In this document: in pieces, positions 1 through 10,196 of the stretch
Layout of the letters: each line of letters begins with the position of its first letter
How positions within the stretch are numbered: position 1 is the stretch's first letter
From: an uncultured Gemmatimonadales bacterium
Lineage (GTDB): Bacteria; Gemmatimonadota; Gemmatimonadetes; Gemmatimonadales; Gemmatimonadaceae
Reading direction: 5' to 3'
Assembly (NCBI GenBank): GCA_963851265.1
Contig: CAWKNZ010000006.1
Location: forward strand, 64,001 to 128,000
DNA length: 64,000 nucleotides
The notes under the pieces: generated by a model
What the model saw: only the letters and a program-made list of their open reading frames with translations
Database searches by the model: none
What the model was told of the DNA's origin: nothing
Position numbers and translations under genes: made by a program

Positions 1-1
1 C

Positions 2-2203
2 GAGCCCCGGGCCGTTGTCCGCGACCGACAGCTCCACCCACGACCCCGCCGCGCGCCAGCCCACGCGCACCACAGGATCGGGACGCGAGGCGGCCGTGAA
101 CTTCACGGCGTTCCCGACGAGGTTGAGGAGCACCTGTTGCAGCGGCACCCGTTCGGCGATGACCGTGGGCATGTCGCCGGCGACCTCGATGCGCGTGCCC
201 GGCGGGGGACTCAGCAGCTCGGCCACGTCGCGCGCGAGTGCGCCCAGATCGACGCGCTCCGGCGCGACCTGTACGCGCCCCGCACGCGAGTACGCCAGGA
301 TGCCGTCGATGAGCGCCTCCATCCGGTGCACGCGCCCCTTCAGCAGCCGCATGTGGTCGCGCGACTCGCCCGTGATGCGGTCGCCGAGGTCCTCCTCGAT
401 CCACTGCGTGAGGTTGGCGATGCCGCGCAGCGGCGCCTTGAGGTCGTGCGACGCGACGTACGCGAACTGATCGAGCTCGCGGTTGCTCCGCTCCAGCGCT
501 TCGGTCAGCGCACTCAGCTCCGCGGCCTTGCGCTCCAGCTCCTGCCGCGCGCGCACCTGGTCCGTCACCTCCACCGCGTGCGCGAGCACTCCGTCGAGTT
601 TCCCGTCCGCCCCGCGGATCGGCTGGTAGACGATGTTGAACGATCCCTCCGCCTCGGTCCGCCCGTCCCCATCGCGGTCCCACCGGAGCAACATCTCGTT
701 CACCACGGCGGCCTGTCCCGTCGCGTACACCTCGTCGATGAGCGCGAAGGCGCCCTGCTCCTCCAGCTCGGGGAACACCTCACGGATCGGTCGCCCGACC
801 GTGCTCCGGCCCGCGATGGTGCGCGACAAGGCGTTCTGCATCACCCCGACGTGATCGGGCCCACGCGACATCGAGATCGCCGCGGGCGCCTGCTCCAGCA
901 GCTCAGCCAATCGTGCCCGCTCGCGATCGAGCTCCGCCGCGAGCCGCTCGATCCGCTGGCGCGCGCGCACCTGTTCGGTGACTTCGACCGCGTGGATCAG
1001 CACGCCGGTCACCCGACCCGCAACATCGCGCAGGGGTTGGTACGAGAAGTTGAACAGGTACTCCTCAGGCACGCCGTCCCCGTCGCGGTCCAGCCCCGCG
1101 GGCATCTCGCTGCCGACGAACGGATCGCCCGTCGCGTAGACGCGGTCGAGCAGGTCGAAGAACTGCTGCCCTTCGAGGTCCGGAAACACCTCGCGGACCG
1201 TCCGGCCGAGCAGCGGCCGTCCGCCGGTAATCTCGACGAACGTCCGGTTCGCGACGGTGATGCAGTGCTCTGCCCCTTCGGTCACGGCGATCGCGGACGG
1301 CGCCTGCGTGAAGACTTCCTGAAGCCGCGCACGCTCGTGCCGCGTCTCGGCGAGGGCCCGGTCGCGCGCCTCCTCGAGCGCACGCCGCTCGCTGATGTCG
1401 GTGTGGATCCCGACCCACTCGCGGGTCGCGCCGTTCGCGTCGCCGATCGGCACCGCGCGCACCCAGAACTGGCGCCACACCCCGTCGTGTCGGCGGACCC
1501 GGTGCTCGACCTCGAACCGGCTCCGGTTGGTGACGGCCCGTCGCCAGGCGACGAGGGTGGGTGCGCGGTCGTCGGGGTGTACCGCGTCCGACCACCCGTA
1601 CCCGGCGTACTCGGCCGGCGTCTGTCCGGTGAGCCGCGCCCACCCGGGCTCGTCGCCGGTCATCCGCCCCTCGGGGTCGTTGGTCCAGATGTACTGGTCG
1701 GTGGCGTCGACCAGTGCCCGGAAGCGCTCCTCGCTCACCAGCAGCTGCTGCTCAGCGCGCTTCGTCGCGGTGACATCGACGGTCATGCCGTCGAACCGGA
1801 TCGGCTGTCCGTCGTCGCCGTACGCGGTGTACCCGATCGCACGCACCCAGCGCACCTCGCCGTCCCGCTCGTGCCCGTCGGGCGCGACCGTGCGGTACTC
1901 GATGTCGTAGGCCGAGTGGTCGGCGATAGAGCGCGCGATCGCGGCACGCGTGGTCTCGCGGTCGTCCGGATGGATGCGCTCGTAGAACGTCTCGATCGTC
2001 ACCCGTGCCTCGGGCGGGAGCCAGAAGTGCTCCTTGACCTTCCCGTCCCATGCCAGCTCGTCGAACGGAAGGTCGCAATACCAGAGCCCCACGTCGACGG
2101 CGGCGAGCATCTCGTCCTGCCGCGCGCGCGCACGGGAGGCACTGACGCGGTCGAGGATCGTGGACGGACCGGCCTCGGACGCGAGGTCTGTGGTGTCGGA
2201 CAT
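2..2203 (-). CDS. Multi-PAS sensor histidine kinase, 3' end runs off the window
   Basis: Not in the ORF track because it is open to the edge. Manual translation from ATG 2203 gives about four PAS/PAC repeats (IHPDD, VHPDD), H-box FAYVASHDLKAPLRGI, N-box NLVGNAVKF and DNGPGL at the window edge. Confidence 0.9.
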   Translation of the reverse strand, partial: MSDTTDLASEAGPSTILDRVSASRARARQDEMLAAVDVGLWYCDLPFDELAWDGKVKEHFWLPPEARVTIETFYERIHPDDRETTRAAIARSIADHSAYDIEYRTVAPDGHERDGEVRWVRAIGYTAYGDDGQPIRFDGMTVDVTATKRAEQQLLVSEERFRALVDATDQYIWTNDPEGRMTGDEPGWARLTGQTPAEYAGYGWSDAVHPDDRAPTLVAWRRAVTNRSRFEVEHRVRRHDGVWRQFWVRAVPIGDANGATREWVGIHTDISERRALEEARDRALAETRHERARLQEVFTQAPSAIAVTEGAEHCITVANRTFVEITGGRPLLGRTVREVFPDLEGQQFFDLLDRVYATGDPFVGSEMPAGLDRDGDGVPEEYLFNFSYQPLRDVAGRVTGVLIHAVEVTEQVRARQRIERLAAELDRERARLAELLEQAPAAISMSRGPDHVGVMQNALSRTIAGRSTVGRPIREVFPELEEQGAFALIDEVYATGQAAVVNEMLLRWDRDGDGRTEAEGSFNIVYQPIRGADGKLDGVLAHAVEVTDQVRARQELERKAAELSALTEALERSNRELDQFAYVASHDLKAPLRGIANLTQWIEEDLGDRITGESRDHMRLLKGRVHRMEALIDGILAYSRAGRVQVAPERVDLGALARDVAELLSPPPGTRIEVAGDMPTVIAERVPLQQVLLNLVGNAVKFTAASRPDPVVRVGWRAAGSWVELSVADNGPGL

Positions 2204-2391
2204 GTGGCGGGATGATGAACGACCAGAACGGGACGACTCGGGCTCCCGCGGGGAGCGCAAAAAGCGGACTTCCGCCGACCGCGCGGGTCCGCGTCACGCC
2301 ACCGGCCGAGGCGCGAACCGGCCGTACTGGCGTGCGGGCGCGCCGTGTCGGGCGCGCCCACGACGCACGCGCGGTGTGCGCGCGCAGGCCG

Positions 2392-4527
2392 TCAGGCGGT
2401 GGGCAACGTGAGCGTGAACGTCGATCCCACGCCCGGGGTGCTCTCGACCGCCAGTTCGCCACCCATGCCGCGCGCGAGGTCGCGGCTGATGGCCAGCCCA
2501 AGCCCCGTGCCCTCCGCGGTGCGCGTCAGCTCCGCGCGCACCTGCACGAACGGGTCGAAGATGCGCTCGCGCTGGTCTGCCGCGATGCCGATCCCGGTGT
2601 CCTGCACCGCGATGTGCACGCGCGCTCCGGCGTCGACGCACGAGAGGTCGATCCGCCCGCCGGGCTCCGTGAACTTCACGGCGTTGGAGAGCAGGTTCAC
2701 CAGCACCTGTCGCAGCTTCTCGGCGTCGGCCCGCACGACCAGATCGGCGTGACACTCGGGCGAAGCGAGGGTGAGTCGCTTCGCGTGCGCCTGGGGCGCC
2801 ACCAACGCTTCCGCGCCGGCAAGCGCGTCGCGCACCCGCACCGCGGTCACGTCGAATTGCACCACGCCGGTCTCGAGCTTCGCGTAGTTGAGCACCTCGT
2901 TGATCAGCCCGAGCAGGTGGCGCTGGCTCGCCTGGAGGCGCCGCAGGTCGTCGAGCTGCTGCGTGGTGACCGGGCCGCGGATGCCCATCTCCATCAGGGA
3001 GGCATAGCCGCCGATCGCGTTCAGCGGCGTGCGCAACTCGTGCGACATCACGGCGAGGAACTCGCTCTTCGCGCGGTTCGCCGCCTCCGCCTCGCGACGG
3101 GCCGCTTCCGCGTCCGCGAGGAGCCGCTCGCGCTCGGCCTCCGCCGCCTTGCGCGCGCCGACGTCGCGGAAGTGCACCATCAGCCCGCCCGCCCACGGGT
3201 ACGTCCGGACGTCGAACCATGTCCCGAGCGGCGGGAAGTACGCCTCCGCGGACGTCACCCGCCCCTCGGACATCGCCGCCCGGTACGGCTCTTCGAACGC
3301 GGACCCGGCGACGTCCGGGAATGCGTCCCAGAGCGTGCGTCCGAGCAGCCGCTCGCGCGTCGTCTGGAGCATTGGCTCGGCCGCGGCGTTCACGTACGTG
3401 AAGCGCCACTCGCGGTCGAGCAGGTAGAACGCGTCGGCGATACTCGCGAGCACCGCCTCGGCGCGCGCCGCCGTCGCCGCGGCATCGGCGCGCGCTCGCT
3501 CGCTCTCCGCCAGCAGGCGCTCGACCTCGCGGCGTGCGCGGACCTGCTCGGTCACGTCGACGGCGAAGTTGAGGATCGCGCTCACCCGCCCCTGGCCGTC
3601 GCGCACCGGCTCGAAGCGCAGGTTGAACCACGTGTCCTGCACGCCCGTGCCGTCGCGGTCGTAGCGCACGAGCGTCTCGGGCCCGTCCCACGCCGTGCCG
3701 GTCGTGTACACCTGATCGAACAGCTCGTAGATGCCGCTCCCGGCGAGTTCGGGGAACGCCTCGGGCGGCGTCAGACCCGTGACGTCGCGCCCGCCGCCGC
3801 TGACGCGCTTGTAGGCGTCGTTGACGAGCACGAAGCGGTGCTCCGGGCCGACGAGCAGCGACAGCGGCGCCGGCATGTTCAGGACGATGGCGCGCAACGT
3901 GGCCCGCTCGGCGTCGAGTGCCGCGAGCAGGGCAAGCCGATCCGCCTCGGCGCGCACGCGGGCCGTGGTCTCGGCCACGGTGACGAGCACGCCGGCGACG
4001 GCGCCCGCGTCGTCGCGCACCGGAGCGTACGAGAACGTGAACGCCGCGTCCTCGCGCACCCCGGGGCCGAGCACGCCATCGTGCGTGATCGGGAAACGCG
4101 CGTTCTCGACCACCACCGTCTCGCCCGCCCACACCCGGTCGTAGATCGGCGCGTTGAGGTCCCACACCTCGGGCCAGCACGCGCGGGTCGGCTGGCCGAG
4201 GCCGGCCGGGTGCCGGTCTAGCATCAGCGCGTCGTAGCCGTCGTTGTAGAGTTGCACGAGCGCCGGGCCCCAGAGCAACAACGTCGGGAACCCTGCCGCG
4301 AGCGCGAGCCCCGCCGCCGTCCGCAAAGTCGCGGACCATTCCGCGACCGGGCCGAGCGGCGTCGCCGACCAGTCGAGTGTGCGGCACCGGCGGGCCATCT
4401 CGCCGTCGCCCGGGAAGACCGCCGCTGCCGCGTCGGGCACCTCGCGGTCGGACGCGCGCGCTGGGGGGAGCGCCCCGCCATCATGGGCGACACCATCGGC
4501 GAGCGAGAGCGAGCGTGGATCCGACAT
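2392..4527 (-). CDS. PAS-domain sensor histidine kinase
   Basis: DWSATPLG N-terminus, PAS repeats, MSHELRTPLNAI H-box, NLLSNAVKF, DTGIGI, GTGLGL. Confidence 0.92.
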   Translation of the reverse strand: MSDPRSLSLADGVAHDGGALPPARASDREVPDAAAAVFPGDGEMARRCRTLDWSATPLGPVAEWSATLRTAAGLALAAGFPTLLLWGPALVQLYNDGYDALMLDRHPAGLGQPTRACWPEVWDLNAPIYDRVWAGETVVVENARFPITHDGVLGPGVREDAAFTFSYAPVRDDAGAVAGVLVTVAETTARVRAEADRLALLAALDAERATLRAIVLNMPAPLSLLVGPEHRFVLVNDAYKRVSGGGRDVTGLTPPEAFPELAGSGIYELFDQVYTTGTAWDGPETLVRYDRDGTGVQDTWFNLRFEPVRDGQGRVSAILNFAVDVTEQVRARREVERLLAESERARADAAATAARAEAVLASIADAFYLLDREWRFTYVNAAAEPMLQTTRERLLGRTLWDAFPDVAGSAFEEPYRAAMSEGRVTSAEAYFPPLGTWFDVRTYPWAGGLMVHFRDVGARKAAEAERERLLADAEAARREAEAANRAKSEFLAVMSHELRTPLNAIGGYASLMEMGIRGPVTTQQLDDLRRLQASQRHLLGLINEVLNYAKLETGVVQFDVTAVRVRDALAGAEALVAPQAHAKRLTLASPECHADLVVRADAEKLRQVLVNLLSNAVKFTEPGGRIDLSCVDAGARVHIAVQDTGIGIAADQRERIFDPFVQVRAELTRTAEGTGLGLAISRDLARGMGGELAVESTPGVGSTFTLTLPTA

Positions 4528-4656
4528 GCGCGCAAGTTCGGCCCACGACGTCGGCCAGGGAAGTCCAAGCCGGCGCGCGGAGCGCGCGCGGGGCGGCGGC
4601 GGGAGCGTGGATCGCGGGCGATCGCGCGGCGCGTGATGCCTAACGCGGCGCCGCGG

Positions 4657-6288
4657 TCACCGTCCCGCGATCCGGAGCGCCGGGGCCGGAGACCCGGCCG
4701 GCGCGCGTCGCGCCGGGCCCCGCGCCGTGTTCTCGAGGATGAGGACGGTCGGCGCATCGGGCCGGCGCCAGCCGGCCGACAGGCCGCGGCGGTCGCCCTG
4801 CCCGTCCATCGCCGCGAACGACCCGAGCACGAGGTCGTCGCGGCCGTCGCCGTTCACGTCGCCGACGTCCATCGTCAGCCAGCGCCCGCGGTTGGCGTCC
4901 GCGAACGTCCACGCCCGGAACTTCATTCCGCCGAGATTCTCCAGGTAGACGAACGAGAGCGGCGCGGCCGCGGTGTAGTCCGGGTAGAACGAGATCGCCG
5001 CGATGTCGACGCGCCCCGTGCCGCTGAAATCGCGCGCGACCGCCTTGTACGCGCCCGGCATCGGGAAGAAGTACCGCTCGGCGAAGCGGCCCCGGCCGTC
5101 GTTCGCGTAGACGTGGATGCCGTGGTACGGCTTCGCGGGACTCGGGTAGTCGCCGTTGTCGCCGTTGGTGTAGATGATGTCCGGGTGGCCGTCCCCGTTC
5201 ACGTCGCCGAGCGACATGCTCGTGGAGCCGTACGAGGGCGGGAAGCGGAGCAGCCACTCGCGGACGAAGCTGCCGTCGGGCCGGTTGTGGAACACCGATA
5301 TGCCCTCGTCCGCCTGCGCGTTGAGCGCGAGGATGTCGGGGCGCCCGTCGCCGTCGACGTCCTGGACGACGGTGTTCATCGCGCCCGGCTCGGCGTTCAG
5401 CACGTGGCGCCGGCTCCCGCCGCCGCGCAGCCGCTCGTACCACGCGAGGCGCCCGGTCAGGTTGCCGAACTCGCTCACCACCGCGTCCTCGACCCCGTCG
5501 CCGTTCAGGTCGGCGTACGACGCGAACACCGGCCGCTGCAGGGTGTCGACCTCCCACGCGATGTTCGGCCCACCGCCGGCCCCCCACGACGAGATGAGCG
5601 CGAGGGCGCCGCGCGGCACGTCCGACGGGTTGAGCTTGCCCATGAACACGAGCCCGAGCGTGTCGCCCGACACGTGCAGGTTGGACACCGGCGAGGGAAT
5701 CGGGTGCGTCGCGACCGCGTGGCCGCGCTGGTCCAGCACGGCGAGCACACTATGCCCGGGGTTCGCGTCGCCGACGTAGGTCCGGCCGTGCGCCGCGTCC
5801 ACCTGCACCAGCGTCACCATCGGGTTCGCGATGTGGAAGTCCGGCACGCGCACGCGGAACCCGGGCAGCCCGACGGTGACGGCCGGCGTGGCCGCCGCGG
5901 GCAGCACGGCGGGCGCGTTGCGCACGTAGTACGCGGCGAGCCGGTCCCACTCCGCGCGCGTCAGTAGCGCCGAGTCGGAGAAGACGTGCGCCGCGCGGAC
6001 GATCTGCCCCCCCACGCCCCCCTCGAGCACCTCGAGATTCTCGGGCTTGCCGACCCCCCGAAGTCCGAGCCGCCGCGCCATCCGCGGCAGCACGTACTGG
6101 TTCCAACTCGCCGTGTCGAGCAGGTCGGGCGTGGGGAGGATGTGACAGCCCTGGCAGTACTGCGTTGCGAGCTGCTCGCCCGAGCGAGTGGCGCGCGCCG
6201 CCGGCGCGTCGGGCCGGGCGCAGGCGAACGCCGCGAGCGCGACGAGGGTCGCGCCGAACGCGCGGACGAGATGTGTGCTGCGATACAC
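4657..6288 (-). CDS. FG-GAP/VCBS repeat lipoprotein with N-terminal cytochrome c motif
   Basis: Lipoprotein-like signal (AAFAC), CQGCH heme-attachment motif, repeated DxNGDG/DxDGDG loops. Confidence 0.8.
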   Translation of the reverse strand: MYRSTHLVRAFGATLVALAAFACARPDAPAARATRSGEQLATQYCQGCHILPTPDLLDTASWNQYVLPRMARRLGLRGVGKPENLEVLEGGVGGQIVRAAHVFSDSALLTRAEWDRLAAYYVRNAPAVLPAAATPAVTVGLPGFRVRVPDFHIANPMVTLVQVDAAHGRTYVGDANPGHSVLAVLDQRGHAVATHPIPSPVSNLHVSGDTLGLVFMGKLNPSDVPRGALALISSWGAGGGPNIAWEVDTLQRPVFASYADLNGDGVEDAVVSEFGNLTGRLAWYERLRGGGSRRHVLNAEPGAMNTVVQDVDGDGRPDILALNAQADEGISVFHNRPDGSFVREWLLRFPPSYGSTSMSLGDVNGDGHPDIIYTNGDNGDYPSPAKPYHGIHVYANDGRGRFAERYFFPMPGAYKAVARDFSGTGRVDIAAISFYPDYTAAAPLSFVYLENLGGMKFRAWTFADANRGRWLTMDVGDVNGDGRDDLVLGSFAAMDGQGDRRGLSAGWRRPDAPTVLILENTARGPARRAPAGSPAPALRIAGR

Positions 6289-6408
6289 CGATCGGAGATT
6301 CTGGGGAGGGTCGCCGCCGCGCGACGCGCGGCTACCGTCGAGGCCGGCCGCCGGAGCGTACGATAGAGCGCGGCGCGCACGCGCGCGAGCGGCCGGCGCC
6401 GCCGGCGT

Positions 6409-7314
6409 CTAACGCGTCGGCGGCGCCGCGTCGGGCGCGAGCAGCGCCTCGAACGCGACGGCGGGCACTCCGGGACGCCGCCCTTCGAGCCGCAGCCGCG
6501 TGAGCGGCCGCCGGATCACCAGCCCGGCCACGCGCACCGCGCCCACCCGCCCGAGCACGAGCTGGTCGGCCGCGGCCGCGCGCGACACGACCGCGAGGCC
6601 GAGCCCGGCGGCCACTGCCTCCTTCACGCCTTCCGTACTCCCCAGGGTGAGCGTGACGCGCGGCCGCACGCCGTGCGCGGCGAGTGCGGCCTCCGCCACG
6701 ACGCGCGTGCCGGAGCCGCGCTCGCGCGCGATGAACGCGTACTCGCCTAACGCCGCGGGCGCGACGGGCCGCGACGCCCCGAGCAGTGCGTGCCCCGGCG
6801 GCGCGAGCACCACCAACTCGTCCTCGCGCCACGCGTCCGCGAGCACCCGCGCGTCGGCCACGGGCCCCTCGACGAGCGCCACGTCGAGCCGGCGCTGCAG
6901 CAGCAGGCGCGCGATGGCGCGCGTGTTGGCGCTGGCTACCCGCACGGTGACGCCGGGGTGCGCGGCCCGGAACGCGCCGAGCAGCGGGGCGAGGTAGTAG
7001 GTCGCGACGGTGGTGCTCGCTCCCAGCCGGAGCACGCCCGCGTCGAGCCCGCGGCGCGCCCGGACCTCCTCCTCGGCCGTGCGTTCGACGGCGAACAGCT
7101 CGCGCGCACGCTGATACAGGGCCGCGCCGGCTTCGGTGAGGCGCACGCCACCTGCGCCGCGCTCGAGCAGCGGCAGTCCGACGTCGCGTTCGAGGCCGAG
7201 CACCGCCTTCGACACGGCGGGCTGGCTGAGCCGGAGCGCCGTCGCCGCGCGCGAGAAGCCGCCGCACTCGGCGACCGCCGCGAACGCGCGGAGTGCGTGC
7301 AGGTTGAGCGCCAT
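6409..7314 (-). CDS. LysR-family regulator (CysL/YeiE-like)
   Basis: FSRAA...LSQPAVS HTH and RERGSGTR motif; divergent from a YeiH-family transporter. Confidence 0.9.
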   Translation of the reverse strand: MALNLHALRAFAAVAECGGFSRAATALRLSQPAVSKAVLGLERDVGLPLLERGAGGVRLTEAGAALYQRARELFAVERTAEEEVRARRGLDAGVLRLGASTTVATYYLAPLLGAFRAAHPGVTVRVASANTRAIARLLLQRRLDVALVEGPVADARVLADAWREDELVVLAPPGHALLGASRPVAPAALGEYAFIARERGSGTRVVAEAALAAHGVRPRVTLTLGSTEGVKEAVAAGLGLAVVSRAAAADQLVLGRVGAVRVAGLVIRRPLTRLRLEGRRPGVPAVAFEALLAPDAAPPTR

Positions 7315-7382
7315 GCCCGAAAGTAATGGTGCTATGAAAAGAATGTCTTGGACTTATGGTGGTACGGGGCGCACCGTTCGGC
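7315..7382. promoter_or_regulatory. Divergent lysR/yeiH promoter region, probable LysR operator
   Basis: Short AT-rich gap between the divergent starts; exact operator not resolved. Confidence 0.5.
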
Positions 7383-8462
7383 ATGGCCCAACCCCTCGCT
7401 GCCCCGCACCCCGCTCCGATCGGCTCGCGCATCGCCGCGCTCCTGCCCGGCGGCGGGCTGACCGCGATCGTCGGCCTGGTGTCGTGGGGCGTCGCGCTCG
7501 CCGAGGAGCGCGCGTTCGGCCACCCGATCGTCGAGGCGCTGGTGGTCGCGATCCTGCTCGGGATGGTCGTGCGCACGCTCTGGACGCCGCCGCGCGCACT
7601 CGAGGCGGGGGTGCGCTTCGCCGCCAAGGAGGTGCTCGAACTGGCCGTCCTGCTCCTCGGCGTCTCGGTCGACCTTCCGCTGCTGCTGCGTGCGGGGCCC
7701 GCACTCGCGGCCGGCATCGTGCTGCTCGTCGTGCTCGGGATCACCTGCAGCTACGGCCTCGGGCGCGCGCTCGGCCTCGCTCCGAAGCTGGCCGTCCTGG
7801 TCGCGTGCGGGAACTCGATCTGCGGCAACTCGGCCATCGCCGCCGTCGCCCCCGTCATCGACGCCGAGCCGGAGCACGTCGCCTCGGCGATCGCGTTCAC
7901 CGCGATCCTCGGCGTCGCGGTCGTCCTCGGCCTGCCGCTGCTCGTCCGTCCGTTAGGCCTGAGCTTCTACCAGTACGGCGTGCTCGCCGGGCTCACCGTA
8001 TATGCGGTGCCGCAGGTGCTCGCCGCGGCGTTCCCGGTGAGCGTGCTGAGCGGCCAGGTGGGGACGCTCGTCAAGCTCGTGCGCGTGCTGATGCTCGGCC
8101 CCGTGGTCGTGTTCTTCGCGCTCCGCTACCAGCGCGCCGCGCGCGCGGGGGCCGGCGCGGGCGTGCCCGGCGGCGCGCCGCGCCCGCGCATCTCGGTGAC
8201 GCGGTTCGTGCCGTGGTTCATCGTCGGGTTCCTCGCGCTCGCCGGGCTGCGGTCGGCCGGCGTGCTGCCGCCGGCGGTGGCGACACCCGCGCGCACGCTC
8301 TCCGCCTGGCTCACGATCGCGGCGATGGCCGGACTCGGCCTCGGGGTGGACCTCAAGGTGATCGCGCGCGTGGGGCGGCCGGTGATCGCGACCGTCACCG
8401 GCTCGCTCGTGCTGCTGATCGTGCTCGGCGTGACGCTCATCCGCACACTCGGAATTCGCTGA
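7383..8462 (+). CDS. YeiH/UPF0324 putative sulfate exporter family membrane protein
   Basis: GNSICGNSAIAA motif, many TM helices, KLVRV and PWFI motifs. Confidence 0.88.
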   Translation: MAQPLAAPHPAPIGSRIAALLPGGGLTAIVGLVSWGVALAEERAFGHPIVEALVVAILLGMVVRTLWTPPRALEAGVRFAAKEVLELAVLLLGVSVDLPLLLRAGPALAAGIVLLVVLGITCSYGLGRALGLAPKLAVLVACGNSICGNSAIAAVAPVIDAEPEHVASAIAFTAILGVAVVLGLPLLVRPLGLSFYQYGVLAGLTVYAVPQVLAAAFPVSVLSGQVGTLVKLVRVLMLGPVVVFFALRYQRAARAGAGAGVPGGAPRPRISVTRFVPWFIVGFLALAGLRSAGVLPPAVATPARTLSAWLTIAAMAGLGLGVDLKVIARVGRPVIATVTGSLVLLIVLGVTLIRTLGIR

Positions 8463-8490
8463 GCGCCCGCGGCAGGCCGGCCGCGCGCGG

Positions 8491-8955
8491 TCACCCCGGC
8501 CCGAGCGCCAGCGTCATGAACACACTGTTGGGATCGGCGCGGTAATCGCCGAACGGCCCGCACTCGACGAAGCCGTGGCGCGCGTACAGGGCGCGCGCGG
8601 GCGCGAAGTACGCCCACGAGCCGGTCTCGAGGCTCAGGCGCGAGATCCCGCGGGCGCGGGCCTCCGCGATCACGTGCGCGAGCAGCGCGGCGCCGACGCC
8701 GCGCCGGCGCGCCGATTCCGCGGTGTGCATCGACTTCACCTCACCGTGGTCGGCGGTGAGCCGCCGGAGCGCGGCGACGCCGAGCAGCGCGTCGCCATCC
8801 CACGCCGACCAGAATGCCACGTCGGGCGACCGCAGGCCCGTGAGGTCGAGGGCGTGCGCGCTGCCGCGCGCCGTTTCGGCCCGCGCCCGCGCGAGGTGCA
8901 CGCCCAGGAGTTCGACCACGCGCGGATCGTCGAGCCCGCCGTCCACGATTTGCAC
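8491..8955 (-). CDS. GNAT N-acetyltransferase
   Basis: EVKSMHT, RRRGVG acetyl-CoA loop, LETGS, LYARHGF. Confidence 0.88.
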   Translation of the reverse strand: MQIVDGGLDDPRVVELLGVHLARARAETARGSAHALDLTGLRSPDVAFWSAWDGDALLGVAALRRLTADHGEVKSMHTAESARRRGVGAALLAHVIAEARARGISRLSLETGSWAYFAPARALYARHGFVECGPFGDYRADPNSVFMTLALGPG

Positions 8956-8956
8956 G

Positions 8957-10069
8957 TCAGGCAGGCGCCTCCCACCGCCCCGTCTCCGCCGAGCGGAAGA
9001 GCGCGTCGATCACGGCCATGTTGCCGACCGCATCCTCGAGCGGGACCGGCACGGCGCCGACGCCGCGCACCGCCTCGGCGAAGCGGTCGGCCTGCAGCGT
9101 GTACTGGTCCACGGCCGGGAATTCGATGGGCGTTCCGGCGGCGCCGAGCTCCGCGCCGTCGTCCACGCGGACGCGCGCGGGGCGGTCCGCCGGCGCGTTG
9201 AAGGGGATCTCGACCTCGATGCGGCCCGCGGTTCCGAACACCTGCATGCGCTGGTGCGGGACCAGTTGCATGCTGCACGTGAAGGTGGCCTGTCCCGCGG
9301 CGAACTGCAGCATCCCGGACGCGAGCCGGTCGATGCCGAGCGTCGGGTCGCGCTCGATCATGCCGACGACGGCGAGCGGCTCCGCGCCGAACAGCCAGCG
9401 CGCGAGCATGATCGGGTAGCAGCCGACGTCCATCAGCCCCCCGCCGCCCCACTCGGGGCGGCTGCGCACGTCGGCCGGGTCGCGGCGGGAGTAGCTGAAG
9501 TGGCCCGCCACGACGCGGAGATCGCCGATGCGGCCGCCGCGCACGAGATCCCGGACGCCGAGCCACTGCGGGTGCGTGCGCACCATGAACGCTTCGGCGA
9601 TCTGCACGCCCGTGCGGTCGCGCACCGCGATGAGCGTGCGCGCTTCGTCGGCCGTCAGGGCGATCGGCTTCTCGCAGAGCACGTGCTTCCCCGCTTCCGC
9701 CGCGCGCACGGACCAGGGCACGTGCAGGTGGTTGGGCAGCGGATTGTAGACCGCGTCGACGTCGGGGTCGGCGAGCAGCTCCTCATATGAGCCGTACGCA
9801 CGCGGGATGGCCGCGGCGTCGGCGACCGCGCGCGCCTTGGCGAGGTCGCGTGAGGCGATCGCGACGACCTCCCCGTGCTGGCTCCGCTGCGTGGCCGGGA
9901 TCACGCGGCGCGTGGCGATCTTCGCCGCGCCGAGTACGCCCCAGCGGACGCGGGTGTTGGAGGGCGTGTTGGGCGGGGGGGATGCGGACAAGCCTGAGTC
10001 CTCGGACACGCCCGCGGGCGTGGCTGACGTGGGGCGCGGTGCGGAAGCGGCGTTGGGCACCGTTCGCAC
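8957..10069 (-). CDS. Gfo/Idh/MocA oxidoreductase (true start probably downstream of 10069)
   Basis: WGVLGAAKIA, AGKHVLCEKP, GGGGLMDVGCY. Confidence 0.9.
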   Translation of the reverse strand: MRTVPNAASAPRPTSATPAGVSEDSGLSASPPPNTPSNTRVRWGVLGAAKIATRRVIPATQRSQHGEVVAIASRDLAKARAVADAAAIPRAYGSYEELLADPDVDAVYNPLPNHLHVPWSVRAAEAGKHVLCEKPIALTADEARTLIAVRDRTGVQIAEAFMVRTHPQWLGVRDLVRGGRIGDLRVVAGHFSYSRRDPADVRSRPEWGGGGLMDVGCYPIMLARWLFGAEPLAVVGMIERDPTLGIDRLASGMLQFAAGQATFTCSMQLVPHQRMQVFGTAGRIEVEIPFNAPADRPARVRVDDGAELGAAGTPIEFPAVDQYTLQADRFAEAVRGVGAVPVPLEDAVGNMAVIDALFRSAETGRWEAPA

Positions 10070-10196
10070 GCGGGGGCGCTGCGCAAGTTGCGCGACCGCG
10101 GGCCCGGAGGGCTAGCGCGACCCGGTGCTTTGCGCCCGGCGGATGCGTGCCGTACTGTAGCGGCAAGGCCGTGGTCCTCTCCTCTTCGCTCCTGCC

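Noticed and set aside
137..4221. Long plus-strand ORFs 137-2215 and 2212-4221
   Set aside because: Antisense shadows of the two minus-strand kinases; no motifs, typical of high-GC DNA.
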